In this document: piece by piece, positions 29,345-39,778 of the stretch | Position numbering within the stretch: the stretch's first letter is position 1 | How the letters are laid out: each line of letters starts with the position of its first letter | NCBI GenBank assembly: GCA_034408725.1 | Contig: JAWXCN010000035.1 | Span: 36,201 to 100,200 of the forward strand | DNA length: 64,000 nucleotides | From: Candidatus Hydrogenedentota bacterium | Lineage (GTDB): Bacteria; Hydrogenedentota; Hydrogenedentia; Hydrogenedentales; SLHB01 | Reading direction: 5' to 3' | The notes under the pieces: generated by a model | Told to the model about the DNA's origin: nothing | The model's input: the letters and a program-made list of their open reading frames with translations, nothing else | Database searches by the model: none | Position numbers and translations under genes: made by a program

Positions 29345-31240
29345 TCAATCCTGGACTTTGGTCGGGGTCCAGTCGGAGTTCATAAGCTTTTCGTAGTCGT
29401 CAACTTTTCCGTTGTCGAGGCAACATTGGATGATTTGGCGGCCCAGCGGTTCGAGGTCGTCGACGAGGTACTCTTTGAGGTGCTTCTCGAAAAATTCGCG
29501 GAGGATGCGCGCGCCTTCGTCATATGCGGCTTCGCCGACTTCGGGCTGTGTTTCGACCTGGAGGAACCATCGGGGGACGGTGGTGCCTTCGACCGTGAGG
29601 TCGTGCATCGCGTAGCCGAGTAACGGAGATCGCGCGCGGCGCAGTTGGTGCGAGCGGAACCGGGCCATGCCGCGGCGGGCGAGGTATTCGCGCGCGACCC
29701 ATTGCGGCATGAAGCTCACCGCCCAACTGCCGATGTGCTGGTTCGGACAGAGCGCGTAGAGCGTCGAGCGCGTCTCCTCGATTTGTTTGAGCAGGAGGTT
29801 TGCGTGATCGACCTGGCGACCGGTTGCGAACGGCCAATACGAGCCGACGCCTTCGCTGGTCATACCCGCATCGGTATCGACAATGCTCGGGTTCGCATAA
29901 CCGCGCGGCGCAACAAGGCGCCACAGCCATGCAAGCGCGGGCGGCAGTATATGGAACAGCCCGATGATTCCGTAACTTGGTTTTCGGTGGGTACACGGCG
30001 GCGTGCGCACGCCCAGGCTGCGAATGTCCACGGTAACCGGTCCGTCGACGATATCGGGGATGATGCGGCGCGGAATCACGACGCGCGGATTCGGACAGGG
30101 CTCGCCCGGAGCGTCTTCGATATGCTCCCAGATCAGCGCGCGGCCACGGGGGACAGCGTCGATATTCAAGAAGAGCAACGGTTCGGACGGCTGCGCGGTA
30201 AGCCGTTCGAGATGCGGATCGGTCGCGTATTCGCGAATATGATTCACGCGCACAAACCACGCATTCTCGGCGTCGACCAGCCGCAGTTTGCCATCTCCCC
30301 GTTGCAACGACGGATGGCACAATGCCATGTCATCGGTGACGGGCCGAATCTCGCAACCGCGCGGGATGGCGATGTGCCGTGTCTCGCCGGTCATGACGTT
30401 TCGACCGAGAAGCAGGCGTCCATCGCTTTCGCGGTGGGCGTGTTCGAGCATTTCGCTTTTGCCGCCCCCGCTCGCGCCTTCGTGCATGATGGTGACGATA
30501 TTGTCGTAGGGCGTGATGATTTGCGCGGTCGAACAATGCGCCGTGAGCCAGCCCTCTTTTTCGCCGAGGTTCAAGAGACTGCCGTAGACGCCTTTCTTCG
30601 CGCTCGGGCCGGGGTAGAGGTTGTACGAAAATATTTCATGCAATCCTTCGCGCCGGTTGTGTACGACGATCTGCTGGCCGTCAAAGTGCGTATGGCGGAA
30701 CGGCGGCGCGACATATATGACCAGGGTCGGCACCCAGTCGGCCGGGAGCGTTTTGTAATCCATGATGCCTTGAAGCAAGGCAAGACCGAATGCAAAAAAA
30801 CCGGTATTGGCGGGAGCGACAACGACAGCGTTCAACCCCATGTTTTCCGCGCCGGCCTGAAACGCGAATGCAATGACTTCCTGCTTTTTCAACCAGTCAA
30901 AGGTCTGCTGGCGGAGCGCGGAGAAGTCGGTGCCGTACTTGTCCTGGTAGGTTGTTTTGTCCGTGGGCAAGTCATCGCCAAGCACCATGCTTTCGGGGTC
31001 CCGCCGGCGCATATAGGCTTCGGGATAATTCGCCGAAACACCGTTCCGGACCCTGTCAACGGTGGCTTCCACAATGCGGCCCTGGCCGGGCACATCATAG
31101 GCGACCTCGAATGTATCGCTGCCTGCCCCGCCGCAGGCGAGGTCGATCAACTCGTTGGCGGTGCTCGCGAGTATGACTTTCGGACTGGCCTCCAGAATGG
31201 CGGCTGCGTCCGGGGGTGGGTTCAACTTTTTCCAACTCAT
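29345..31240 (-). CDS. DUF4914 family protein (PEP carboxykinase-like P-loop fold)
   Basis: Start MSWKK; YMRRRDP, YNLYPGPSAKKGVY, AHCS, HEGASGGGKSEM, VTDDMA, SEGVGSYWPFATG. Confidence 0.8.
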   Translation of the reverse strand: MSWKKLNPPPDAAAILEASPKVILASTANELIDLACGGAGSDTFEVAYDVPGQGRIVEATVDRVRNGVSANYPEAYMRRRDPESMVLGDDLPTDKTTYQDKYGTDFSALRQQTFDWLKKQEVIAFAFQAGAENMGLNAVVVAPANTGFFAFGLALLQGIMDYKTLPADWVPTLVIYVAPPFRHTHFDGQQIVVHNRREGLHEIFSYNLYPGPSAKKGVYGSLLNLGEKEGWLTAHCSTAQIITPYDNIVTIMHEGASGGGKSEMLEHAHRESDGRLLLGRNVMTGETRHIAIPRGCEIRPVTDDMALCHPSLQRGDGKLRLVDAENAWFVRVNHIREYATDPHLERLTAQPSEPLLFLNIDAVPRGRALIWEHIEDAPGEPCPNPRVVIPRRIIPDIVDGPVTVDIRSLGVRTPPCTHRKPSYGIIGLFHILPPALAWLWRLVAPRGYANPSIVDTDAGMTSEGVGSYWPFATGRQVDHANLLLKQIEETRSTLYALCPNQHIGSWAVSFMPQWVAREYLARRGMARFRSHQLRRARSPLLGYAMHDLTVEGTTVPRWFLQVETQPEVGEAAYDEGARILREFFEKHLKEYLVDDLEPLGRQIIQCCLDNGKVDDYEKLMNSDWTPTKVQD

Positions 31241-31490
31241 GCATCGTACCTTCCGCAAATTGGCGCCGCTCGGGTGTCCGTCCACGCTATGGGATCGCAC
31301 CCCGGTTGGCGCAGAAATCGTAAATTGAGGCGGGTTATGGGCCCACCAAGCTCTCAAGCCGGAAATCCGCGGCATTGCCGCGGAGTTCAGCGGCCCCAAA
31401 GAGAGCGAATACCTATCTTGATTCTGGCTGGGCCAGAGGTGGCGACAGCATGCGCTATCGTCGCGGCACAGTCGCCATTTCAAAATTAGG

Positions 31491-32651
31491 TTAGTGTGCC
31501 AGAGATGCGTAGAGCGAGGCAAGTTTGGCGGCTGATGCGTCCCATGAAAGTGTCTCAGCACGTTCCCTGCCGATAGTTACGCGGCGCTGGGCGGCGTCGG
31601 GGTGGTCCAGAATTCCGGCGAGGGAGTGGGAGATGGATTCGACGTCAAGGGGATCGATATACAGCGCGGCATCCCCCGCGACTTCGGGCAGCGACGTGGT
31701 GTTGCTCGTGATTACGGGCACATGCGCCGCCATTGCTTCCAGCACGGGAAGGCCGAATCCTTCATAGAGAGAGGGATAGACGCAGGCAATGGCGCCACGC
31801 AACAGCAGCACCGCTTCCTCGCGTGAGAGGTATCCGGGCAGGACTACGTTGGAGCCTGCCGAGCGCGCGGCAGAGAGTATGGCGTCGGCATTCCACCCTA
31901 CGGTCCCGACGAGCACCAGTTGAGGCGCATCGCTGCGTTGGCTCGATACAATGTGGTGGGCTTCGAGGAGTCGCGCCAGATTCTTGCGGGGTTCGAGTGT
32001 CCCCAAATGAATGAAATAGGCGTCGCGAATACCATGGGTTTCCCGGAGCCGATGCAGGCGCGCGGTATCAAGAGGCCCCTCAAACTCGGCGAGGTGTACG
32101 CCATTGGGCACGACCGCGACTCGGTCCTCGGGTACGCTCAGGAGTTCGCGCAGTTCGAGCGCGCAGTTTTGCGAAACGGCGACGAGGCAATCTGCTTTGC
32201 GCGCGGCGTGGCGAAGGAGGGTCGTCTGCACTTCAACGGCCCGGGGCGTGTGCGTTTCCGGGTGCCGGAACGGGGACATATCGTGAATGGTGACCATCTT
32301 GATGGCGCGCGATGCCGCGGGCGTCTGGTGGCAAAGATTGTGGGCAATGCGGACGCGCCCCGTGAACCACTCGATGGGTGGCCAGTTGAGACGGGTCCAT
32401 GCGTAGTATTTTATAAGGCGCGCGCGCGACACAAACTGAATGGGCCGGTCCGCCCCGAATTCGCGCGCGAGCGTTTGGCGGCCTGTCCGGTCGCCGGTTG
32501 CGAACAAGACGTACCGTTGTCCGGGTTGGCTTCGCGCGAGCAGGGCGCGCAGTTGATAGATGGCTGCATAGCCGATGCCCGTGACCGGCTGTTCCGCGGC
32601 GCAACTCAGATCGATTGCTATGCGTGTGGAATGCGCTTCATTTCCGGCCAT
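31491..32651 (-). CDS. Glycosyltransferase family 4
   Basis: TIHD, GTLEPRKNL, YPSLYEGFGLPVLEAMA, SLPEVAGDAA. Confidence 0.93.
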   Translation of the reverse strand: MAGNEAHSTRIAIDLSCAAEQPVTGIGYAAIYQLRALLARSQPGQRYVLFATGDRTGRQTLAREFGADRPIQFVSRARLIKYYAWTRLNWPPIEWFTGRVRIAHNLCHQTPAASRAIKMVTIHDMSPFRHPETHTPRAVEVQTTLLRHAARKADCLVAVSQNCALELRELLSVPEDRVAVVPNGVHLAEFEGPLDTARLHRLRETHGIRDAYFIHLGTLEPRKNLARLLEAHHIVSSQRSDAPQLVLVGTVGWNADAILSAARSAGSNVVLPGYLSREEAVLLLRGAIACVYPSLYEGFGLPVLEAMAAHVPVITSNTTSLPEVAGDAALYIDPLDVESISHSLAGILDHPDAAQRRVTIGRERAETLSWDASAAKLASLYASLAH

Positions 32652-33361
32652 CAGCGTTCGATGTCATCGGGCGCTGCCGCGCGGCGGAACGGCGTCGGGC
32701 GCGGCATATCGTCGTTGGAATCGGTAAAGAGTTCTTCGATATTTCCGGTGGCTGGGGGTTGTTGTTGTTCGCCATCAAGGAACCCAAACATTTTCGCGGC
32801 CAGTTCGGCCGCGCGCATCTGGACGTCATCCGACCCGCCGTGCAGCATCTTGTCTATGAGGAACCGGCGGAAAAAGTCCTGGTCCAACGCGGGCGTTGGT
32901 CCGTTGACAATTGCGTCGATGCGTTCCTGCGCGGGAATGGGGGAAGGCAGTTGTCCGCGCGCCTCGTGCGCCAGTTCCATGGGGGAAATTTTTCGCAGCG
33001 CGTTCAAACACATGCTTTGTCCCATTTGAATATCGGCGTCTTGCGGCATCATGGCCGAAAGGCTGTTAAAGATCACGAGCGCTTCGGAATAGCGCTTTGC
33101 AAAATAGAGATCAACCGCTTCCGCGAAGCGTCTCCGGATTTCATCGGGCGCGTTTGACGCGGCGCCGTTGTTCCACGCGCGGTCCGGCGGACGGGCGGAT
33201 TGTTGTGGAGGGGGCGCCGAGCCAGGCCGGAACGGGGTCGCGTTTTCCCGCGTGATCTGGATAGTGGCGCCGCAAGACGGGCAGATGCCGGTCCTGCCGA
33301 GAGCAGACTGCGGAACCTGAATTCGCTCCCCGCAGGAACACTGGACCATCAATCGTCGCAT
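32651..33361 (-). CDS. Zinc-ribbon protein with TPR-like helical region
   Basis: CSCG...CPSCG N-terminus, Pro-rich linker, AVDLYFAKRYSEAL helix pair. Confidence 0.65.
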   Translation of the reverse strand: MRRLMVQCSCGERIQVPQSALGRTGICPSCGATIQITRENATPFRPGSAPPPQQSARPPDRAWNNGAASNAPDEIRRRFAEAVDLYFAKRYSEALVIFNSLSAMMPQDADIQMGQSMCLNALRKISPMELAHEARGQLPSPIPAQERIDAIVNGPTPALDQDFFRRFLIDKMLHGGSDDVQMRAAELAAKMFGFLDGEQQQPPATGNIEELFTDSNDDMPRPTPFRRAAAPDDIER

Positions 33362-33379
33362 GAAAACGTCATCCCAATT

Positions 33380-36300
33380 CTATCTTCGGCCCAAAAAACG
33401 CAGAAGCGCGTCAACGAGCAATTTTTGTTCGTCCGGTTCATCCGCGTTCATTATTACCGGGGTGACAGACTCGGCACTGCCATCAGGCGAAGGCGCACCG
33501 TTCCAGAGATCCTCGTGGTGGGCACTCAGCGCGTGGATGCGCGAGCCATTTTCGGCCGCCACTGCCGCTTCCGCAAGGAGCCGGGCTTCATGCAGATTGC
33601 TGTTGAGCCGTTCGATTTCGCGCGCGCTTTGGGATATTTCCGCCGCGGCCCGTTCAAGCTGATCGGTAAGGGTCCGCGTTTCGTTTTCGCGCTGGTTTTT
33701 GAACTCGGAAAGCTCGTCCTCAATGCGCTGAATTTCGCGCCGCAACACTTCGAGTTGATCGGCGCTTCCCGATGCAGTGCGGGTGATCGATTCAAGTTCC
33801 TCGCGAACGGATTGGTTTGCTTGTTCCAGTTCGGCGACGTGGTTGCGCGCTTCCGCAAGTTCCGAAGCCGTTTGGCTGGACGTTTCGAGGGCGTAGTCAA
33901 GGGCGGCCTGGGCTTCCCGCCGGCTCGCAACGCTTTCGGCAAGCGCTATGCGCAGCTCGACGGCGGTTTGGAAGTTGACGGGGTCATCCTGGTTGTCGTC
34001 GTCCGCGAATACGGAATGATTACGTTCTTCTGCCTGCCGTTCCAGTTCCGCGCGGAGCGAAGCCAATTCCCGGTCCGCGTGCGCCGCGGCGCGTTGCGCT
34101 TCATTGGCGGTAAGTTGGACGGCCCCGTTTTCCGCCGCTGACTTTTCGAGCGCGGCGCGCAATGCATTCACTTCGCCTTCGTATTCGTTGCTGCTCCGGC
34201 GATAGAGCTCCGTATTCTCGCGGAGCGCCTCGCTTTCCTTGTGCAGACCGGCGAGCTCGCCGAGCGTCGTTTGAAGCTGACCGGAGAGCGATTCGATCTG
34301 CGCGAGGGACGCCGCTGTTTGCTGCTCCGCGGCCTCGAAGTGATTTCGGATTTGGCCAGCTTCTATTTCGTGCGCGGCGATTTGCGCCCGGAGCGCTTCC
34401 AGTTCCGCCGAGTATTTTTCGCGCGCCGCGTCCGCGTCCTGCACGTGTTGGTCCAGAGACTGCTGCAATTGTCCGGCATGCGCGCGGGCGGCGGAGTGCT
34501 CTTCCATCCGCGCGCGCAGCTCGTTGATTTCATTCGTGGCCGCCAGTATGTCGGCGCCCGCGTTTTTCTCGCGCGTCCGGAACTCGCTGATGTCGGCGAG
34601 CAAGCGTTCAACCTCGCTGGTCCGGTGGTCCAACGCGGTCCGCAAATCTTTTTCGCGCGCGTTCAGGCGCGCGGACACTTCGCGCAGGCTGTTTAATTCG
34701 TCATCGGCCTGTGCAAGCCGTTGCTGGGCTGATGCGGCCGTCTCCTGTGATTGGCCCAACTCGCCGACAAGCTCATCGGCGCGCGCTTTCAACGCGGCGC
34801 ATTCCTGCTCGACGTCCGCGGTGATAGTGTCTCTATCGCGCAGGGTGGCGCTAAGGCCGGCGACCTGGAAATCGAGATCGTCGATCCGGTCTTCGCGTTC
34901 CTGGATCGTGGCGCGGGCCTGGGCAAGCGCGCTTTGAAATTCCTCCGCTTTGGAGTCCTTTTCCAGCATTGTGGTTTCGAGTTTCGCGATTTCGTCCCGC
35001 ATACCGCGGAGTTGTTCATCGCGAGATTCGAGCTGTGCTTTCGCGTCTTCGAGCGAGGCGCGTGTTTCTTCGTGCCCTTCGACGAGGGGCTGCCATTTCG
35101 CGCGTTCTGCGTCGGAATCGAATGCCGCCGCTTCTACCTGGCGCGAGGCCTCGGCAAGGCGGCCGGTCATGCGTTCTAGTTCCGCGGCGCGTTCATTCTC
35201 ACGCGCACGCAGTTCGACATTCTCCGCTCGCGCAGATTCGAGTTCCGTGCCGAATTCGTTTCGGATGCGCTGTAGTTCATCGAGCGCGGCACGGGTGGAA
35301 TCGAGTTCGGCCAACGTAGCGCGCAGCAGCGAACGCTCCGACTCCGTTTCGCGCGAAGCGTCTTCGCGTTGTTGGATGGCGAGGTCGCGTTCGAAGGTCA
35401 ATTGCTGGACCTGCCCGCCGCGCTCATCAAGCCGGGATTCCCATTGGGCGGCTTCAAGCTGAAGCAGGGCGTTACCTTCGTCACGCTGTGTCAGCAACGA
35501 TTCAGCGGCATCGCGCGCGGCGCGCATGGCGTGCAACTGTTGATCCAGATCCGCTCGTTGCGCGTCACGGGCGCGCATGTCCGCCAATTCATTGGTGAGG
35601 GATGCAATCGCCTCATCACGCTCCTTGGCGACTGTACACGCCCGCTGCAACGCTTCGTGCAAAGACCAGGCGCGTTGGGTCGCCGCGGCCGCTTGCGCCT
35701 TGAACGCCTCGATTTCCTGGTTCAATTCGTCGCGTTCGACTGCCGGCATCGCGGGATTGGCGGTTGCTTCTGGCGATTCACTCGCCGCGGCGGTCTGCGT
35801 TGAAAGCTGATACCGCGTGCGCTGTAATTCACCGTCCATCTCGTTAAGCTGGGACTGGGCGAGGTGGAGTTCCTGTTCGGCGGCCGTGCGCTTGTTTTCT
35901 GCTTCTTTCAGCCTGCGGCGGCTGTCCACGAGGGTCTGCGACATTTCAGCGTGATCATGCGTAAGGCGGTCGCGTTCTTCCGCGCTCCTGCGGAGTGCGG
36001 CCAGTTCGTAGTGCGTGGCCTGAAATTCGAGATCGCGTTCGCGCAACGCGCTGCGGAGGTTTTCGAGTTCTTCCCGCGCGATTTTTTCGTGTTCCAGCAG
36101 GTCTGCGATTTGTTGGTCGCGCCCATCGGCCCAATCACTTGCCATTGGCGCGGGCTGGGCCGCGAACGCCGCGGTCAATTTGGCCACTTCCTGGTCCCGC
36201 TCCGCGAGTGCGGTCATCGCGAGATCGAGGTCGCGGGCCATGGCCTCGGCCAATGCCCTGCGGCCAGTTTCCTCCTGTTCCGGAGAACCATCGCCTCCCG

Positions 36301-36952
36301 CGATGGAAGCGATCTGTTCGCGGGCGGCGCGCCATTCATTTGCAAGGCGTTCGATTTCCGCGTCTTTGGTTGCCAGCAAGTCATGCTGCCGCGCGAGTTC
36401 CTGGCGCAAAGCAACCGCAGCATCCTTGTCGCCTGATGATTCGGCGTCGTCGGCTTGGGTGTCGAGAGCTTGCCGGAGGGCCTTATTTTCTTCGCGGGTC
36501 GCGGCGAGTTCGCCGATAAGCCGTGAAATTTCGGAGGCGCTTTCCTGCAAGAGGCGAACTGCTTCGCTCCGCTGCTGCGTGAGGCGCTCGACTTCCAACA
36601 CCGCCTGGCCGACTTCAGCGCGCACTTTTTCGCGGGCCGACGGCTGGATGTGTTTGAGGTCCATGGGTTCGTTGGGCGGCTGCAAATGCCATTCGTGGGG
36701 TGCGCCGGCGAGTCCGCTGATGGGTGTTGCTAATGACGTCGCCACGCCTGCTGCGTGCCGGGACGCATCGAGGCGCGCAAGCGGTTCACCGACCGGTACG
36801 GATGCGGGAACAGGCTTGGCCGTTGCCTTGGAAGCGTCGCTGCGGGGGACAGTCGAAACGCGGCGGCACTTGCGGCACCACGCGCTGCGCCCGGCGTGGT
36901 CGTCGTCCACGCTAATAGAGCTTCCGCAATTTGGGCACTCGAATGCAATCAT
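33380..36952 (-). CDS. Very long coiled-coil protein with N-terminal zinc ribbon
   Basis: MIAFECPNCG...AWCRKC; about 1000 aa rich in E/A/L/R/Q heptads; no Walker motifs seen. Confidence 0.8.
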   Translation of the reverse strand: MIAFECPNCGSSISVDDDHAGRSAWCRKCRRVSTVPRSDASKATAKPVPASVPVGEPLARLDASRHAAGVATSLATPISGLAGAPHEWHLQPPNEPMDLKHIQPSAREKVRAEVGQAVLEVERLTQQRSEAVRLLQESASEISRLIGELAATREENKALRQALDTQADDAESSGDKDAAVALRQELARQHDLLATKDAEIERLANEWRAAREQIASIAGGDGSPEQEETGRRALAEAMARDLDLAMTALAERDQEVAKLTAAFAAQPAPMASDWADGRDQQIADLLEHEKIAREELENLRSALRERDLEFQATHYELAALRRSAEERDRLTHDHAEMSQTLVDSRRRLKEAENKRTAAEQELHLAQSQLNEMDGELQRTRYQLSTQTAAASESPEATANPAMPAVERDELNQEIEAFKAQAAAATQRAWSLHEALQRACTVAKERDEAIASLTNELADMRARDAQRADLDQQLHAMRAARDAAESLLTQRDEGNALLQLEAAQWESRLDERGGQVQQLTFERDLAIQQREDASRETESERSLLRATLAELDSTRAALDELQRIRNEFGTELESARAENVELRARENERAAELERMTGRLAEASRQVEAAAFDSDAERAKWQPLVEGHEETRASLEDAKAQLESRDEQLRGMRDEIAKLETTMLEKDSKAEEFQSALAQARATIQEREDRIDDLDFQVAGLSATLRDRDTITADVEQECAALKARADELVGELGQSQETAASAQQRLAQADDELNSLREVSARLNAREKDLRTALDHRTSEVERLLADISEFRTREKNAGADILAATNEINELRARMEEHSAARAHAGQLQQSLDQHVQDADAAREKYSAELEALRAQIAAHEIEAGQIRNHFEAAEQQTAASLAQIESLSGQLQTTLGELAGLHKESEALRENTELYRRSSNEYEGEVNALRAALEKSAAENGAVQLTANEAQRAAAHADRELASLRAELERQAEERNHSVFADDDNQDDPVNFQTAVELRIALAESVASRREAQAALDYALETSSQTASELAEARNHVAELEQANQSVREELESITRTASGSADQLEVLRREIQRIEDELSEFKNQRENETRTLTDQLERAAAEISQSAREIERLNSNLHEARLLAEAAVAAENGSRIHALSAHHEDLWNGAPSPDGSAESVTPVIMNADEPDEQKLLVDALLRFLGRR

Positions 36953-37171
36953 TCGGAGTCCTATTCCGAGCTTCCTTCCTGCCTGGGCAGTTACACGCTG
37001 CGCACGCAGTATAACATCATGTAGCATATTTCGCATTCAAGTCATGCGCCCGTGGTGTTTAGCGATTTTCCTGGTGTTGAGAACCGCGGACATTTGCAAG
37101 TGGCAACATTCGCGGGCGGCGCCTTATTCGATTACGGCGGCATTTACGATTAGGATTACGTCTGGTTTGGG

Positions 37172-38428
37172 GTGAAAACCGTGGGGGATTATGCAACCGT
37201 GCCGTTACCGCCAATCGCTTATTTGAGCAGCGAGTATCCCGCGATTTCGCAGACGTTTATCTTCCGTGAAGTGACCGCGCTGCGCAGTCAAGGGTTCATC
37301 GTGAAGACTGCATCTATCCGGAAGCCGGCGAATGTATCGATTATGACGACGGAGGAACAGGCCGAAGCGAAGTCCACGCTGTGCGTCAAGGACTGCGGGT
37401 TTGCCGTGCTAGCCGGCGCGCACGCAACGCTGAAACTGACGTCGTTCGTTTCATACATGAAGATGTTTGGGAAGGCGTTGTCTTTGTGGTGGAGCGGGCC
37501 GCTGACTTTGTTTAAGGTGATTGCGTACTTCGCGGAGGCAGGCGTATTGGTGCGGTGGATGCGGCGGGAGGGGATTCGGCATGTACACGTGCATTTTGCG
37601 AATCCCGCGGCGACGGTTGCGTTGATTGGCGCGGCGAGCGGGCTGATTGAATTCAGCCTGAGCGTGCATGGCCCGGACGAGTTCTACAACATCAATCAGG
37701 ACCTGATTCCGCAGAAGGTGAAGAAAGCAGTGTTTGTGCGGTGCATCAGTTTTTATTGCCGGAGCCAATTGGAACGGATAACGGAATATAGGGAGTGGGT
37801 GAAATTTCACATCGTGCGGTGCGGCATAGATGTGACCAAATATGCGCCGCGACCAGAGCCAAAAAACGCAGCGCCCGAGATTTTGTGCGTGGGACGGCTC
37901 GTGCCGGCAAAGGGGCAGCATTTGTTGGTGAAGGCGGCGCGACGGCTGAAAGAACGCGGCGTGTCGTTTCACGTCACGTTCGTCGGCGCGGGGCCGGATC
38001 ATGAATCGTTGCTAGCGTTGGCGAAGTCGCTGGGCGTTGAGGGCATGATTACGTTTGCGGGCGCGATTGGGCAGGACGGGATTCACCGGTATTACGATAA
38101 GGCGGACATATTCGCGCTACCGAGTTTTGCCGAGGGACTGCCGGTCGTGCTCATGGAGGCGATGGGGAAGGGGATACCGTGCGTGACGACGTGCATCACG
38201 GGAATTCCCGAACTCGTTCACGATGGCGAGAATGGATTGTTGGCGGCTGCGTCTGATTGGGAAGGGTTGGCGGACCGGTTGCAGGAGCTGATCGCCGATC
38301 CCGCGCGCCGGGGAAAACTCGGCGAGGCGGCACGGGAAATTGCGCTCAGGGAATACGATGTGCAAAAGAATTGCGAGAAAATGGGCGAGCTTTTTAGGAA
38401 GTATGTTTCTTGCCGCGATAGTGGGTAG
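37172..38428 (+). CDS. Glycosyltransferase family 4 (WcaL-like)
   Basis: YPAISQTFIFREV, HVHVHFAN, VGRLVPAKG, EGLPVVLMEAM, GIPELV. Confidence 0.9.
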   Translation: MKTVGDYATVPLPPIAYLSSEYPAISQTFIFREVTALRSQGFIVKTASIRKPANVSIMTTEEQAEAKSTLCVKDCGFAVLAGAHATLKLTSFVSYMKMFGKALSLWWSGPLTLFKVIAYFAEAGVLVRWMRREGIRHVHVHFANPAATVALIGAASGLIEFSLSVHGPDEFYNINQDLIPQKVKKAVFVRCISFYCRSQLERITEYREWVKFHIVRCGIDVTKYAPRPEPKNAAPEILCVGRLVPAKGQHLLVKAARRLKERGVSFHVTFVGAGPDHESLLALAKSLGVEGMITFAGAIGQDGIHRYYDKADIFALPSFAEGLPVVLMEAMGKGIPCVTTCITGIPELVHDGENGLLAAASDWEGLADRLQELIADPARRGKLGEAAREIALREYDVQKNCEKMGELFRKYVSCRDSG

Positions 38429-38495
38429 CCGATCTCTTCCGAATACCGCACGAGTTCTCGGCGGCATACCCTGCGTTTAGGCAGTATAGTGCTCG

Positions 38496-39764
38496 CTATC
38501 CTTCGTAAACCACATTTCCACGCCAAATAGTCTTTTTCACAAGACCACGGAGCGTCATGCCGGTAAACGGTGTATTGCGGCTGAGGGAGTGAAACGCATT
38601 TGGCTCCACAGTCCACTCCGCCTTGGGGTCGAAGATGCAGACGTCGGCGTAGCCGCCTTCTTTCAACGTCCCGGCATCAAGATTGAGGATTTTCGCGGGC
38701 GCGGCCGACATCAACTCGATCGTGCGTTCGAGCGTGATGACGCCTTGCTCGACCAACCCTGTGATCGCAAGCGCGAGGGAGGTTTCCAGTCCGACGATGC
38801 CGAATGGCGCGAGTTGGAACTCGACGTCTTTTTCCGTGGGCGTGTGCGGGGCGTGATCGGTTGCAATGCAATCGATGGTGCCATCGGCGATGCCTGCCTT
38901 GACCGCTTCGCGATCCGCTTCCTCGCGCAGGGGCGGATTCATTTTTGCGTTTGTGCCAAAACCCGCGACTGCGTCGTCCGTGAGCATCCAATAATGCGGC
39001 GCGGTTTCGCAGGTCACCCGAATGCCGTCACGCTTGGCCCGGCGTACGATCTCGACACCGCCCGCGGAGGTTACGTGCTGGATGTGAATCTTCGCGCCGC
39101 TCAATGCCGCGAGGCGAATGTTACGATCTATGCGAATTTCTTCCATCGCCTTAGGCAGTCCTGGAATGCCGAGGCGCGTGGCGTTGTACCCCTCGTTCAT
39201 TGCGCCGCCTTCCATGAGCGACTCGTCTTCACAATGCGCGAGATAGGTAAGGCCGACCATGTTCGCGTATTCGAGCACGCGGCGCATTACCCAACTGCTG
39301 GGAATGTCCTTGCCATCGTCCGTTACCGCGACCACGCCGAGTGACTTCAACTCGGCCATCTCCGTCATTTCCAGACCTTCCATGCCCTTCGTTGCCGTGG
39401 CAGCGGGCAGGATTTTTATCAGCGCTGTCTCGCGCGCGCGACGGTTGACGAACTCGACCATGCCCGCGTTATCGATGACGGGCCGCGTGTTCGCCATCGT
39501 CACTACAGAAGTAAACCCGCCCTTCGCGGCGGCGCGGCTGCCCGATGAGATCGTCTCCTTCGATTCAAATCCCGGTTCGCGAAAATGTACGTGAATATCG
39601 ACCAGACCCGGGCACACCACGCATCCCTTTGCATCAATGACGGTGTCGCCGGAAAGCTTCTTGCCGATCTTCTCGATCCGCTTGCCGTCGATGCGGATGT
39701 CCATCGGCTCGGAAATTTTTCGCGCGGGATCGATCACGTGGCCGTTTTTGATTACAACGCTCAT
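38496..39764 (-). CDS. pyrC: Dihydroorotase (class I)
   Basis: PGLVDIHVHFREPG, HCED, KMNPPLR, ATDHAPH, FGIVGLET. Confidence 0.96.
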   Translation of the reverse strand: MSVVIKNGHVIDPARKISEPMDIRIDGKRIEKIGKKLSGDTVIDAKGCVVCPGLVDIHVHFREPGFESKETISSGSRAAAKGGFTSVVTMANTRPVIDNAGMVEFVNRRARETALIKILPAATATKGMEGLEMTEMAELKSLGVVAVTDDGKDIPSSWVMRRVLEYANMVGLTYLAHCEDESLMEGGAMNEGYNATRLGIPGLPKAMEEIRIDRNIRLAALSGAKIHIQHVTSAGGVEIVRRAKRDGIRVTCETAPHYWMLTDDAVAGFGTNAKMNPPLREEADREAVKAGIADGTIDCIATDHAPHTPTEKDVEFQLAPFGIVGLETSLALAITGLVEQGVITLERTIELMSAAPAKILNLDAGTLKEGGYADVCIFDPKAEWTVEPNAFHSLSRNTPFTGMTLRGLVKKTIWRGNVVYEG

Positions 39765-39778
39765 GTGTATTTTCCGTA

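Noticed and set aside
29645-31489. 614-aa plus-strand ORF
   Set aside because: Antisense shadow of the DUF4914 gene in GC-rich DNA; no recognisable motifs
33380-36952. SMC chromosome segregation protein
   Set aside because: No Walker A/B, signature or hinge motifs; only coiled coil plus zinc ribbon
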